Shown here piece after piece: positions 9,878 through 19,767 of a DNA stretch of 64,000 nucleotides. The notes beneath the pieces were generated by a model that worked only from the letters and a program-made list of their open reading frames with translations, was not told the origin of the DNA and searched no databases. The position numbers and the translations under genes were made by a program. This DNA comes from Nitrospirota bacterium. Lineage in GTDB: Bacteria > Nitrospirota > UBA9217. Numbering within the stretch: position 1 is the stretch's first letter; every line of letters starts with the position of its first letter. The stretch covers positions 256,001-320,000 of the forward strand of contig CAVVUN010000001.1 in NCBI GenBank assembly GCA_963751455.1, in the 5' to 3' direction.

Positions 9878-10905
9878 TTCTTCACCCCCTTGGCCTCTGC
9901 TTTCCCGAAGACACTGCTCTTCATGCCGCGGTCAAGCAGCGGCGCAAAACAGTTCATCAGGAGAATGGCGAACATGACGCCTTCCGGATACCCGCCTTTG
10001 ATACGTATCAATACGGTAAGGGCGCCGCACGCAATGCCGAATACGACCTGTGCGCTTCGAACCGAGGGACCCGTTACATAATCCGTAGCCATGAAGAAAG
10101 CGCCCAGGATAAGGCCTCCGGACATCATATGGAAAACGGCATCGCCCGTGAAAAGACCTTCCTTGCCGCCCACAATCCATGAAAGAAGGCCGACCGTTGC
10201 TATGAACGAAACAGGGATATGCCATGTGATGTACCGTTTCAGCAGGAGGAAACCGGCCCCCAGGAGCAGCGCGATCACGGACGTCTCGCCCAATGAACCT
10301 GCCCGGTTGCCGAGGAACAGGTCACGATAAAGATCGGCCTTGGTATGGAAAATTTCGAGAAGTCGGGCCATGCCTTCCTCCTTCAGGAGGACAAGCGGGG
10401 TGGCAGTTGTCTTGGCGTCAACTCCCATGAAGTTTGCCACCGGAGCCGCATAGGTGGTCATGAGTTTCGGAAAGCTGATAAGCACAAATGCCCTGCCTAT
10501 CAAGGCAGGGTTGAAGATGTTGGACCCCAGCCCGCCGAAGAGGTGCTTGGTTATGAAGATCGCTACGAACGCCCCCACAAACGGGATGTAGAGCGGCACG
10601 TTCGAGGGCAGGTTCATAGCCAGAAGCAGGCCTGTCAGAAAAGCGCTTCCGTCCGAAAGCGTGAGCGGTTTCTTTAGTATCCACTGAGAACCCGCCTCGG
10701 AAAGCAGTGCGGTCACAATGCAAACGAGTATGACCATCGCAGCCGGCACGCCGAAATAATACACGGACATCAGGGCCGCGGGAAGAAGAGCGCCGCTGAC
10801 GGTCCACATGATCTTAGCGGTACTTTCCTCGGCGCGCATGTGCGGCCCGATCGAGACGATCAGTTTTGGCTGTTCTTTATCTGCAGGTTTTACGGCTGCT
10901 TCCAT
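9874..10905 (-). CDS. rnfD: Rnf complex subunit D
   Basis: FGGLGSNIFNPA, TTATPL, GSLGETS, FFMATDYVT; start at MEAAV after GGAG RBS. Confidence 0.94.
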   Translation of the reverse strand: MEAAVKPADKEQPKLIVSIGPHMRAEESTAKIMWTVSGALLPAALMSVYYFGVPAAMVILVCIVTALLSEAGSQWILKKPLTLSDGSAFLTGLLLAMNLPSNVPLYIPFVGAFVAIFITKHLFGGLGSNIFNPALIGRAFVLISFPKLMTTYAAPVANFMGVDAKTTATPLVLLKEEGMARLLEIFHTKADLYRDLFLGNRAGSLGETSVIALLLGAGFLLLKRYITWHIPVSFIATVGLLSWIVGGKEGLFTGDAVFHMMSGGLILGAFFMATDYVTGPSVRSAQVVFGIACGALTVLIRIKGGYPEGVMFAILLMNCFAPLLDRGMKSSVFGKAEAKGVKK

Positions 10906-10917
10906 CTCTTTAACTCC

Positions 10918-11040
10918 TCCAAATTCCAAAACTCAAACAAATAATATCCAAATTCAAATTATCAATTTCAAAAAATTTGCTATTTGGTGCTTGCTGCGTC
11001 TACTTTATTTGTTATTTGATGCTTGGGATTTGGTGCTTGT
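10918..11040. repeat. Palindromic heptamer-period repeat between rnfC and rnfD
   Basis: tccaaat tccaaaa ... atttggtgctt, atttgatgctt gggatttggtgctt; related to 13468-13602. Confidence 0.65.
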
Positions 11041-11047
11041 CCTCAAT

Positions 11048-12376
11048 TCAGTTCTTTTTCTTCGCAAGTTCCTTTTTCGCCTTCTTGACCCACTGCACCA
11101 TCGGCCGGTTTGCCGGACATCCGAACGAACAGGAACCGCATTCGAAACAATCCATCAGATTATACAGCTTCGCATCTTCATAATGGCCCTTCTCGATATA
11201 CAGCCCGATTATGGAAGGCTGCAGCTTCATCGGGCATGCGTCTATGCACCTGCCGCAGCGGATGCAGGGGCCATAGGACTTCGTATTGACTTCCGATTTC
11301 GGGAGAACCGTGATGCCCGAGGTTCCCTTGATAACCGGGACTTCCAGCGTGTACTGGCTCATTCCCATCATCGGTCCGCCCGCGATCACCTTGGCAGCTT
11401 CCTCGGTCATTCCGCCGGCTTCATCAATGAGCTGGGAAAAAGGCGTGCCGATCCTGGCCAGAAAATTCTTCGGATCCTTGACCCCTCTTCCGGTCACGGT
11501 GACGTAACGCTCGATGAGAGGCCTTCCATAGCGGACCGCGTTATAGATAGCCTCGGCAGTCCCGACGTTCTGGACCACTACGCCTATATCCATCGGCAGT
11601 CCGCCTGCGGGCACGGTCCTCCCCGAAATAGCCTTTATCAGCATCTTCTCGGCGCCCTGCGGGTACTTGACCTTGAGGGGCCATACCTTCACTTCCGGAG
11701 ACTCGGCCGCAGCCCTAGCCATGGTCTCAATGGCATCGGGTTTGTTGTCTTCAATGCCTATATAGCCTTTTGTCACGCCGAGTATCCTCATGAGGATCTT
11801 CAGACCTTCGATGATCTGTTTCGGCCTTTCGAGCATCAGGCGGTGGTCGGACGTGAGAAACGGTTCGCACTCTGCGCCGTTCAGAATAAGGACGTCGATC
11901 GGTTTTTCCTTCGGTGGCGCCAGTTTGACATGCGTTGGGAAGGTCGCACCGCCCATGCCTACGATGCCGGCTTCCTGGACGATTTTCTTGAGTTCATCGG
12001 GACTCAGCACGTTGTAATCCGCGTTTTCCTTCAGCCCGGAAATCCATTCATCCTTGCCGTCGCTTTCTATGACAACGGCCGGAATGTTTATACCGAGCGA
12101 ATGAGGAAACGCGCCTAAAGCGACCACTTTGCCCGAGATGGAAGCATGGACAGGCGCGGAAACAAAACCGGTTGTCTCAGCTATCTTCTCGCCCTTTTTT
12201 ACTTCCTGTCCGATTACGACGAGTGGCTTGGTGGGCGCTCCGATGTGCTGACTCAAGGGGATAACAGCTCTTTTGGGGATTGCAGCGGGAATTGCGGGCT
12301 TCTGTGCGGTAAGGTATTTGTTGTCAGCGGGATGCACGCCTCCGCTGAACGTCCCTTTTTGTGTAGTGGCTTCCAT
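11048..12376 (-). CDS. rnfC: Rnf complex subunit C
   Basis: QHIGAP, GIVGMGGATFPTHVKL, NGAECEP, YPQGAEK, two 4Fe-4S motifs. Confidence 0.96.
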   Translation of the reverse strand: MEATTQKGTFSGGVHPADNKYLTAQKPAIPAAIPKRAVIPLSQHIGAPTKPLVVIGQEVKKGEKIAETTGFVSAPVHASISGKVVALGAFPHSLGINIPAVVIESDGKDEWISGLKENADYNVLSPDELKKIVQEAGIVGMGGATFPTHVKLAPPKEKPIDVLILNGAECEPFLTSDHRLMLERPKQIIEGLKILMRILGVTKGYIGIEDNKPDAIETMARAAAESPEVKVWPLKVKYPQGAEKMLIKAISGRTVPAGGLPMDIGVVVQNVGTAEAIYNAVRYGRPLIERYVTVTGRGVKDPKNFLARIGTPFSQLIDEAGGMTEEAAKVIAGGPMMGMSQYTLEVPVIKGTSGITVLPKSEVNTKSYGPCIRCGRCIDACPMKLQPSIIGLYIEKGHYEDAKLYNLMDCFECGSCSFGCPANRPMVQWVKKAKKELAKKKN

Positions 12377-12444
12377 TCTGTCTCACCTGCCATAGGTTAT
12401 AAAGATCGAAAATTATAACTTGAGAATTTCGTAAAGCCGCAGAG

Positions 12445-12473
12445 TTTATATCAGAACAAGCTTCAGGTGTCAA
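12445..12473 (-). promoter_or_regulatory. Sigma70-type promoter of rnf operon
   Basis: TTGACA-17 nt-TATAAA on the minus strand upstream of rnfC. Confidence 0.6.
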
Positions 12474-12688
12474 GCAATTTCTTGTGAAAACTCCGCGCTG
12501 AACGGCCTGTATGAATTGAATTTGTTTAGGAAAAAGCCGCCACCTCTGACAAATTCAGTTCTTTGTTGAAACATGATAATGATAATAATAACGAACGGAG
12601 GCGAGAACCGATATTGATGCTATATCGTTCTCCCTCCGTTTATCGGACTGGAGTTCGGAAAGGAATTTTGATATTCCACAATGGCGGT

Positions 12689-12913
12689 TTACGCGACCTG
12701 GACAACTTCCTTTACTTCCGCAACTTCCTGTTTCAGCATCTTTTCAACGCCCATTTTCATCGTCATCGTGGACATCGGGCAGGACCCGCAGGCGCCTTTC
12801 AGGCGCACCTTTACGACGCCTTTTTCATCGACACTCACGAGTTCTATATCCCCGCCGTCTCTTTGCAGCGCCGGCCTTACCTTTTTGAGCGCTTCTTCGA
12901 CTTTTTCTTTCAT
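12689..12913 (-). CDS. NifU/NfuA C-terminal domain Fe-S carrier
   Basis: [15 protein letters not shown]...GACGSCPMS. Confidence 0.92.
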   Translation of the reverse strand: MKEKVEEALKKVRPALQRDGGDIELVSVDEKGVVKVRLKGACGSCPMSTMTMKMGVEKMLKQEVAEVKEVVQVA

Positions 12914-13086
12914 CCGGATAATCTCCTTGTAGTGAATTTATTTACCACAGTATACATCTTTTTATGCCTCTTTAACAGTTTTTTCTATGACGTCGCAGTT
13001 CATCATATTTGGTTGACTTGGTGTTCCCCTTCTGATACCTTTTCCGTTGTCAATGCGACCATCAGCTGTCTTTTAAAGGTATTATT

Positions 13087-13461
13087 ATGGTAAATGTTCT
13101 TATTGTGGGCATAGGCGGGTTCCTGGGTGCAGCGGCCCGGTACGGGCTTTCGCTCTGGATCGGAGGACGCTGGGGACGCAGTTTTCCCCTGGGCACCTTC
13201 GTCATTAATATTACCGGCAGCTTCCTGATTGGCCTTCTGATGACACTCATGACGGAACGGTTTACTGAAAATCCGCAATGGCGGCTCATGCTTGTTGTCG
13301 GATTCCTCGGCGCATACACTACCTTCTCGACATTTGAGTACGAGACCGGCGCATTGCTCAAGGATGGTGAATGGCTCTACGCCGGCATGAACGTGATTCT
13401 GAGCGTTGTGCTGGGATTTATCGGTTTAAAAGCGGGTGAAATCATCGCGAAGAGCATATAA
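13087..13461 (+). CDS. crcB: Fluoride efflux channel FluC
   Basis: GGFLGAAARY, FPLGTFVIN, GFLGAYTTFSTF. Confidence 0.95.
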   Translation: MVNVLIVGIGGFLGAAARYGLSLWIGGRWGRSFPLGTFVINITGSFLIGLLMTLMTERFTENPQWRLMLVVGFLGAYTTFSTFEYETGALLKDGEWLYAGMNVILSVVLGFIGLKAGEIIAKSI

Positions 13462-13467
13462 GAGAGG

Positions 13468-13602
13468 AACAAATTTCAAATAGCAAATCACAAAATGCCA
13501 AATAATATCCAAATTCGAAACTCCAATGTTCAAAAAGTTAGGATTTGGTGGATTTTGCTCTTTGGAGCTTATTTGATATTTAGTGCTTTAAATTTGGGAT
13601 TT
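13468..13602. repeat. Palindromic heptamer-period repeat between crcB and DUF190 gene
   Basis: caaattt caaatag caaatca ... atttgat atttagt ... atttggg. Confidence 0.65.
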
Positions 13603-13632
13603 TCTCTCTCGGTATTTACTTAAGGAGAGATC

Positions 13633-14007
13633 ATGGTAAAGAGCGGCCCGGCCAAGAAGCTTACAATATATCTCGGTGAGGCGGACAAAATCCACGGGAA
13701 ACCCGTGTACGAGGTATTGCTGGACATATTTTATAAAAGGAAGATAGCCGGCGCAAGCGTGTTCCGTGGTATCGAGGGATACGGAAGCGACGGCGTGTTC
13801 CATACCGCAAAAATTCTCGAACTATCAACGTCTTTGCCGGTAAAAATCGAGGTTGTGGATTCGGAAGAGAAGATTAACGGGATTTTGGATGAAGTGACCT
13901 CTATTGTGGAAAAGGGGGTCATCGAGGTGAGCGATACGAACGTGATTAAATGCTGCGTGAGAGAGGCGGCAAAGGATAAGGCGCATAGCGCAAAGAGCAA
14001 AGAGTAA
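13633..14007 (+). CDS. DUF190 (PII-like) protein
   Basis: LTIYLGE, GASVFRGIEGYG, LPVKIEVVD; usual partner of crcB. Confidence 0.88.
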   Translation: MVKSGPAKKLTIYLGEADKIHGKPVYEVLLDIFYKRKIAGASVFRGIEGYGSDGVFHTAKILELSTSLPVKIEVVDSEEKINGILDEVTSIVEKGVIEVSDTNVIKCCVREAAKDKAHSAKSKE

Positions 14008-14045
14008 TACGCCCCTACGCTATGCTCCATGCCCTCTGCGCTGTA

Positions 14046-14690
14046 TCATTCCTTCCATCCATGCGCGCCGATAAGAGGAACGAACACACAGGGCATGCTC
14101 TTCTCTGCAATAAAACCCTTTGCTGTTTTTACAATTTTGAGCAGCCGCTGGGTATGGCGTTCTCCGACGGGGATCACCATCCTCCCGCCCACTTTGAGCT
14201 GTTCCACCAGCGGCGGGGGAACATCGGGTGAGCCCGCAGTTACGAGGATAGCATCGAAAGACGACATCTCCTTCCAGCCGTAGGTCCCGTCATAGGTCTT
14301 GATCGCCACGTTCCGGTATCCCAGGCGGTCCAGCGCAATCCGTGCCTTTTCCGCTACCGTCTTGATCCGCTCCACGGTATAGACTTTTTCACACAGCTCT
14401 GCCAGGACCGCAGCCTGGTATCCGGACCCGGTCCCTATCTCGAGCACGCGTTCCGTGCCGCTCAGCGCGAGCATTTCAGTCATTGAGGCTACCATATAAG
14501 GCTGCGACATGGTCTGGCTCTCGCCTATCGGAAGGGCGTTGTCGGCATAAGCCATGCCGCGCATCGCTTCGGGCAGGAATTCGTGGCGGGGCACTTTGCG
14601 CATTGCGGCGAGAACCCGCCCGTCGGCGATACCCCGTCCGACCAGCTGTTCATCCACCATACGATTACGTTCTTTCCCGTAATCGATCAA
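14046..14690 (-). CDS. pcm: Protein-L-isoaspartate O-methyltransferase
   Basis: VPRHEF, SQPYMVA, VLEIGTGSGYQAA. Confidence 0.95.
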   Translation of the reverse strand: MIDYGKERNRMVDEQLVGRGIADGRVLAAMRKVPRHEFLPEAMRGMAYADNALPIGESQTMSQPYMVASMTEMLALSGTERVLEIGTGSGYQAAVLAELCEKVYTVERIKTVAEKARIALDRLGYRNVAIKTYDGTYGWKEMSSFDAILVTAGSPDVPPPLVEQLKVGGRMVIPVGERHTQRLLKIVKTAKGFIAEKSMPCVFVPLIGAHGWKE

Positions 14691-15463
14691 TCGCTGCTCC
14701 TGTGTATCGATGTTTCAAGGTAGGTCATTGTTTCAAGCGATTTAAGCTTCTCGAAGGATGAGTAATCTGTGAGATCGAGATGCAGCGGCGTGATCGAAAC
14801 CATGGATCGGTCCACGGCATCGAAATCCGTGCCCTCTTCCCGTTCCCAGTCGGGCTCGCCTCCGCCAATCCAGTAATACTTTTTCCCGCGAGGATCGACC
14901 CGTTCCACGGTCATTTGATGGTAGATCCTTTTGCCCAGGCGGGTAATAAGCGTTCCCCGGATTTCCGAAAGCGGCTTGTTCGGAACATTGATGTTCAGAA
15001 GAGTTCCCGGCGCCATGCCTTTCTCCAGTGTCCGAACCACGGCCCTGAGCGTCACCTCTGCAGCCTCAGGGAACAGGAAATCGTTCCTGGCCACGACCGA
15101 TACGGCGATTGAAGGGATGCCGAGCAAGGTCCCCTCAATGGCGCCCGCCACCGTTCCCGAGTAGGTAATATCGTCTCCCAGGTTTGGCCCCTTGTTGATG
15201 CCCGACACAACGAGCCTCGGCGTCTCTTTCAGAAGGCCCTTTACCGCGATGTTTACGCAATCGGTGGGAGTGCCGTTGACGCTGTATATAGAGGGTTTGA
15301 TCTCCTCGATGAGAAGAGGCCGATGAAGGGTCATGGAATGCCCGGCAGCGCTCCGTTCGCGATCAGGGGCGACAATCACAACGTCGTCGAGTTCGCGAAG
15401 GCGCCTGGCAAGGGTCTGGATTCCCGGGGAATAAACCCCGTCGTCGTTCGTGAGAAGAATCAT
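14687..15463 (-). CDS. surE: 5'/3'-nucleotidase SurE
   Basis: ILLTNDDG, NGTPTDCV, SGINKGPNLG, YSGTVAGA. Confidence 0.96.
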   Translation of the reverse strand: MILLTNDDGVYSPGIQTLARRLRELDDVVIVAPDRERSAAGHSMTLHRPLLIEEIKPSIYSVNGTPTDCVNIAVKGLLKETPRLVVSGINKGPNLGDDITYSGTVAGAIEGTLLGIPSIAVSVVARNDFLFPEAAEVTLRAVVRTLEKGMAPGTLLNINVPNKPLSEIRGTLITRLGKRIYHQMTVERVDPRGKKYYWIGGGEPDWEREEGTDFDAVDRSMVSITPLHLDLTDYSSFEKLKSLETMTYLETSIHRSSD

Positions 15464-15587
15464 GAGGATATGAACAGCAGGTAATCAGAATGCGGACGAG
15501 CAAACCGAATTACATATCCCCTCATCTTTGTCCCCTCTCGCAGGAGAGGTTTGAGGTGAGGGTTGATTCACGTTTACCGGCCTGTCG

Positions 15588-16439
15588 CTACTTTTTCTTT
15601 ATTTCAGCTTCAATGACGTGCTCAACATCCTGGAGGCTGCGGAGTTGAACCAGTTTTCCGTTTACGAACAGGGTCGGTGTTCCGGGGACTTCGGCCTGGG
15701 CGCCCTCGTTCATGTCCCTGGCAATGATCTTTTGTATCTCCGGGTCGTTCAGGTCGCGCTTGAACTTTTCCATGTTCAGCTTGAGTTCCTTGGCGATGGC
15801 CTCAATCTTTGTCTCATCCAGGCTGCTCGAGGATTCGAACAGCTTATGGCTGAATTCCCAGAATTTGTCCTGGCGAAACGCCGCAAGGGCGGCTGCGGCT
15901 GCTTTTTTCGCGAACGAGTGCATCGGAAGAGGATAATTCTTCATGACCAGCTTTACATCTTTGGGATATTTTTCCAGCAACTGCTGGAGAACCGGCTCGA
16001 GCCGGCCGCAGTATGGTCATTGGTAATCGCTGAAGACCGCGATGGTAACCGGCGCATTGCGGGGACCTTTGAACGGCAATCCCTCGAACGAAAACTGCTG
16101 AACGAGTTCGAGCTGTATCATTTTCAGCGTCTTTTCGGTGCTGCTCGATACGATTACTGTATTGTTCGAAGGCGAAAAAGCGACCCTGTCGAATATTTTT
16201 TCCACCGGGATGCGGTTTAACACCGTTTCATTTGCAACGGAAAAAACCAGAAGTTGACCGCGGGTAAGAATATACATCAATTTTCCGTCCGGGGCCGCGG
16301 CAATGTCCAGGGCGGATGCTTCCAGATTGAGCTGTTTCTTGAGGCTCCATTCAACCGACGCCTCGGCGCCGGCCAGCCGCGGAAGAAACGCCGTCGGCGA
16401 CAAAGCAACTACGAGCAATAGCAGTAAGAACCTTTTCAA
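15588..16439 (-). CDS. DsbA-like thioredoxin-fold selenoprotein (UxxC), single CDS through TGA at 16017-16019
   Basis: ORFs 16017-16439 and 15588-15980 are in frame; readthrough gives FSDYQ-U-PYCGRLEPVLQQLLEKYP; GTPT cis-Pro motif; hairpin just 3' of the UGA. Confidence 0.85.
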
Positions 16440-16629
16440 GTGATACTCCTTTCAAATGGTGAAAGTTGATATAATGAATGGGAAAAATGGAAAAAAGATT
16501 TGCGATTGATAATTATTTTATAACAGACAGCCCATTTATGCAATCGTTATTTCAAATACGACAGCTTATGGCAAATCAATTGTCGTAAAGATACCGGCAG
16601 GCCGCGTCCGTATCGCCTGAACAAAGATG

Positions 16630-16662
16630 AAAAAAAGCCATAACGTATTACGCGTTATGGCT
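16630..16662 (-). terminator. Terminator after tRNA-Pro
   Basis: AGCCATAACG/CGTTATGGCT stem plus U tail. Confidence 0.65.
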
Positions 16663-16668
16663 GTAAAA

Positions 16669-16745
16669 TGGTCGGGGCGAGCCGATTTGAACGGCCGACC
16701 ACTCGCACCCCAAGCGAGTACGCTACCAGGCTGCGCCACGCCCCG
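16669..16745 (-). tRNA. tRNA-Pro(GGG)
   Basis: CGGGGCG acceptor stem, CTCGC-TTGGGGT-GCGAG anticodon arm, GTTCAAATC T loop, 3' CCA. Confidence 0.95.
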
Positions 16746-16814
16746 AAACCGTTAAGAACTGACTATTTCAAATTTCAAATTGCAAATATCAAATTGCATA
16801 ATTTTGAAAATATT

Positions 16815-16982
16815 GTAACTATTCAGCTTCTTTTCAGAACAGCATTAAGACAAATCTAAGAAAAAGCCCTTCTATCCGCAGATTTCGCAGATTGACGCAG
16901 ATTCTAAAACCGGAATTCTGGTTTTGTTTTTATCTGCGAAATCTGCGTAATCTGCAGATAAAAAAATGACCTGAGTAGTTAC
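16815..16982. mobile_element. 168-bp MITE with 8-bp target duplication
   Basis: TIR GTAACTATTCAG...CTGAGTAGTTAC flanked by AAAATATT direct repeats (16807-16814, 16983-16990). Confidence 0.85.
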
Positions 16983-17052
16983 AAAATATTAAACCATACT
17001 ATCACTCAAATTTGCAATTTTCATTTTGCACTATGCAATATGCAATAAATCT

Positions 17053-17382
17053 TTATTTCAATATCTCCAATATCTCCCTGAGTTCCTTTTTGACCGTTTC
17101 CAGGACAGCGTCCATGTCCTGATCCGCCCTGCCGTTCAGTTTCTTTCTGGCCCCCGTAATAGTATATCCTTCTTTATATAATAGCTGCTTGATCTGAAGA
17201 ATATGATCGAGGTCCTTTTTCTTGTACAATCGCTGGCCGGAACTCCCCTTGTCCGGCTTGAGCTGGGGAAATTCGGTTTCCCAATAGCGGAGCACGTACG
17301 GTTCCAGCCCCGTAAGGCGGCTGACCTCGCCAATGCGGTAGAAAAGCCTACTCTGCTGTGGGGATTGTTGTTTCGATGACAT
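17053..17382 (-). CDS. MerR-family HTH regulator
   Basis: FYRIGEVS...[15 protein letters not shown]; standard ihfA-merR-tRNA-Pro context. Confidence 0.92.
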   Translation of the reverse strand: MSSKQQSPQQSRLFYRIGEVSRLTGLEPYVLRYWETEFPQLKPDKGSSGQRLYKKKDLDHILQIKQLLYKEGYTITGARKKLNGRADQDMDAVLETVKKELREILEILK

Positions 17383-17644
17383 GCTCTTTGAAAATCATGC
17401 TGGGCCTGAAACTGACAACCTTCCTCGGGGTGATTTCTATTTCCTGGCCGGTCTTCGGGTTGCGGCCCTTTCTCGAGTTCTTCTTCCGGACGACAAAATT
17501 CCCGAAACCCGAAAGTTTCACTGTTTCACCCTGTCTCAGAGTGTCTTTGATTAAATCCAGAATCATCTCCACGAGTTCCTCAGCATCCTGCTTGGGCAGG
17601 CCGACCTTATCGAAAACTTCGGAGATGATATCTGCCTTGGTCAT
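17348..17644 (-). CDS. ihfA: Integration host factor alpha
   Basis: MTKADI..., [16 protein letters not shown]; GGAGG RBS. Confidence 0.9.
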   Translation of the reverse strand: MTKADIISEVFDKVGLPKQDAEELVEMILDLIKDTLRQGETVKLSGFGNFVVRKKNSRKGRNPKTGQEIEITPRKVVSFRPSMIFKEHVIETTIPTAE

Positions 17645-17668
17645 AGATACCTCCTGTAGAATTGGATA

Positions 17669-17697
17669 ACTATAGAGCATAGGCGTTTCAAAGTCAA
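17669..17697 (-). promoter_or_regulatory. Sigma70-type promoter of ihfA
   Basis: TTGACT-17 nt-TATAGT. Confidence 0.6.
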
Positions 17698-18121
17698 GGC
17701 AAAATTTGTTCTATATTGCTGAAATCACGAAAGATTATTAATATGTACAAAAGCACTTTTATCGGAAGATCATCCAGACGTAAACAGATTTTATAGGTAG
17801 TTAAAAGCGTTATCCCCATATTTCGCAGATATACGCTGATTTTAAAGAAAGAATAAATTCAAGGCGGGTTTTTTATCAGCGAATCTGAGATGATATAGAG
17901 ACTGGCACTGCGTTCAAATATTGTCGTGTAAAGTACTCACACAGTTTTTTAAAAAAGAACAAATTAGCCTCGTTTTTATCTGCGAAATCTGCGTAATCTG
18001 CGGTTATATATCAACTCTTGGTTCTTCACTACAGTTTGACATCATCCTGGTTTGCCGTTAATATAACCAAAGTAATAAGATAAGGCAAGATTGCCAAGGG
18101 TATGCGCTTTGATTATTCCTC

Positions 18122-19573
18122 ATGACCTATAAACTGATTAAAATTTCCGTTCTCCTTGTGTGGCTGGTCCTGTTCGGAATTCTGATCGAGCGCACCTATC
18201 TGCGTCCTTCGTCGGTCATCGCTCTCGATGTGATAGCCGAGGAAGGGATCCGGGCATCCGACGAGTGGTCCGGCATTTACCAGCACGGCAGTAAGATAGG
18301 ATATGCGCACAGTGTTGTAAAACGCGAGGCGGATGCCTATCATCTTATCCATGAATCCGAACTCGACGTGCTGCTCCTGGGATCAATCCAGCGCGTCAGG
18401 ACAAAGATCGACAGCTACACCACACTCAATTTCCTGCTCAAGTACTTCAATTTCACGCTGGAGTCCCCAAACAGCTCGATGGAAATCAAGGGCGCAGTGC
18501 TCGGGAAGAAACTGATGCTGGACATCCTTACTGCGGGACAAACGCGAAAGGAGCAGATCATCCTGACCGAGCCGCCCTACCTTTCTCCCAACATCAAACC
18601 CGCTCTCGTGCTGATGGGGCTGGAGCCCGGAAGGAAATACCGTTTCCCGCTTTTCAATCCTGCCACATTGAACACTGAGGACGCGTCCATATCCGTCGAA
18701 GCGAAGGAAAAGATCAAGGTTGGAGACGCTGAACAAAGCGTGTATAAATTAAAGGAAACGTACCAGGGAATGGAGGCCTTTTCCTGGATCACTGAAGAAG
18801 GCGAAACAATAAAGGAAGAAAGCCCGCTCGGCTACGTGCTGTTAAAGGAAACCATGTCCGAGGCGCTGAAGCGTGACAAGCAGGGCCCGATCGTAGACAT
18901 CATATCCCTGGTAATGATCCCGTCGGACCATATAGAAGACCCGAGCAAAACAAAGTATCTCAAAGCCAGGCTGACAGGAGCGCAGCTCAACGGATTCGGT
19001 CTTGACGGCGGCAGGCAGGCGTTCAAGAATAACGCCGTTGAAGTAAGCGTCCGGGCCGCGAATACCGCGTACAGCCTGCCCTACTCCGGGAAAGATATGG
19101 GCGAAGCCCTTCGGCCTGCCCCGCTGGTCCAGAGCGATGACCGGCAAATACAGGACCAGGCGCGGAAAATCGTGGGCAAAGAACGGGACGCTGCGAAAGC
19201 CGCGCGACTGCTGAACGAATGGGTGTACTCCGCGATCCGGAAAAAGCCGGTCGTCAGCATCCCAAGCGCCGTCGAAGTCCTGAACCAGCGCATCGGGGAC
19301 TGCAACGAGCACACGACGCTCTACACAGCGCTCGCCCGCGCTTCAGGAATACCCGCGCGCATGGCTGCAGGCATCGTATACCTGCGCGACGGCTTTTACT
19401 ACCATGCCTGGCCGGAAATATGGGACGGCCAGTGGACCGCCGTGGACCCGACTTTTAACCAGTTCCCCGCTGATGCCACGCACATCCGGTTCGTCACCGG
19501 CGACCTGGCACGGCAAGCGGATATCCTGAAGCTGGTCGGGAAACTGAAGGTGGAGGTTTTGGAGTATAAATGA
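18122..19573 (+). CDS. Membrane-anchored transglutaminase-like protein
   Basis: N-terminal TM, GDCNEH, YHAWPE, DPT catalytic triad motifs. Confidence 0.88.
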   Translation: MTYKLIKISVLLVWLVLFGILIERTYLRPSSVIALDVIAEEGIRASDEWSGIYQHGSKIGYAHSVVKREADAYHLIHESELDVLLLGSIQRVRTKIDSYTTLNFLLKYFNFTLESPNSSMEIKGAVLGKKLMLDILTAGQTRKEQIILTEPPYLSPNIKPALVLMGLEPGRKYRFPLFNPATLNTEDASISVEAKEKIKVGDAEQSVYKLKETYQGMEAFSWITEEGETIKEESPLGYVLLKETMSEALKRDKQGPIVDIISLVMIPSDHIEDPSKTKYLKARLTGAQLNGFGLDGGRQAFKNNAVEVSVRAANTAYSLPYSGKDMGEALRPAPLVQSDDRQIQDQARKIVGKERDAAKAARLLNEWVYSAIRKKPVVSIPSAVEVLNQRIGDCNEHTTLYTALARASGIPARMAAGIVYLRDGFYYHAWPEIWDGQWTAVDPTFNQFPADATHIRFVTGDLARQADILKLVGKLKVEVLEYK

Positions 19574-19603
19574 GATGGGAAATCTCAGATGTACTTTGAT
19601 CTT

Positions 19604-19732
19604 ATCCGCAGATAAACAAATATAACGTCCGTGTAAAAGCAGTCTAGCCGCAGATTACGCAGATGGACGCAGATTTTAAACCATAAATTAACGTTCGGCT
19701 TAATCTGTGGAATCTGTGAAATCTGCGGATAA
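19604..19732. repeat. Palindromic CGCAGATT-family repeat (also 16875-16960, 17812-17890, 17977-18005)
   Basis: ccgcagattacgcagatggacgcagatt ... aatctgtggaatctgtgaaatctgcgg. Confidence 0.7.
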
Positions 19733-19767
19733 AAAATAGCTGATATAATTTATTTATATACTAAAAT

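Noticed and set aside
10808-12118. Long alternative ORFs (also 20844-22289, 25392-26471, 30066-31130, 33099-34256, 52937-53986)
   Set aside because: Antisense or off-frame shadows of well-supported genes in GC-rich coding DNA; no motifs
12960-13086. Fluoride riboswitch upstream of crcB
   Set aside because: No GGCGATGG...CGCC / CTGATG consensus visible
16669-16745. tRNA-Pro as an integration site
   Set aside because: No duplicated tRNA 3' end or integrase seen in the window
16668-16859. 63-aa [14 protein letters not shown]
   Set aside because: Antisense translation of tRNA-Pro plus repeats
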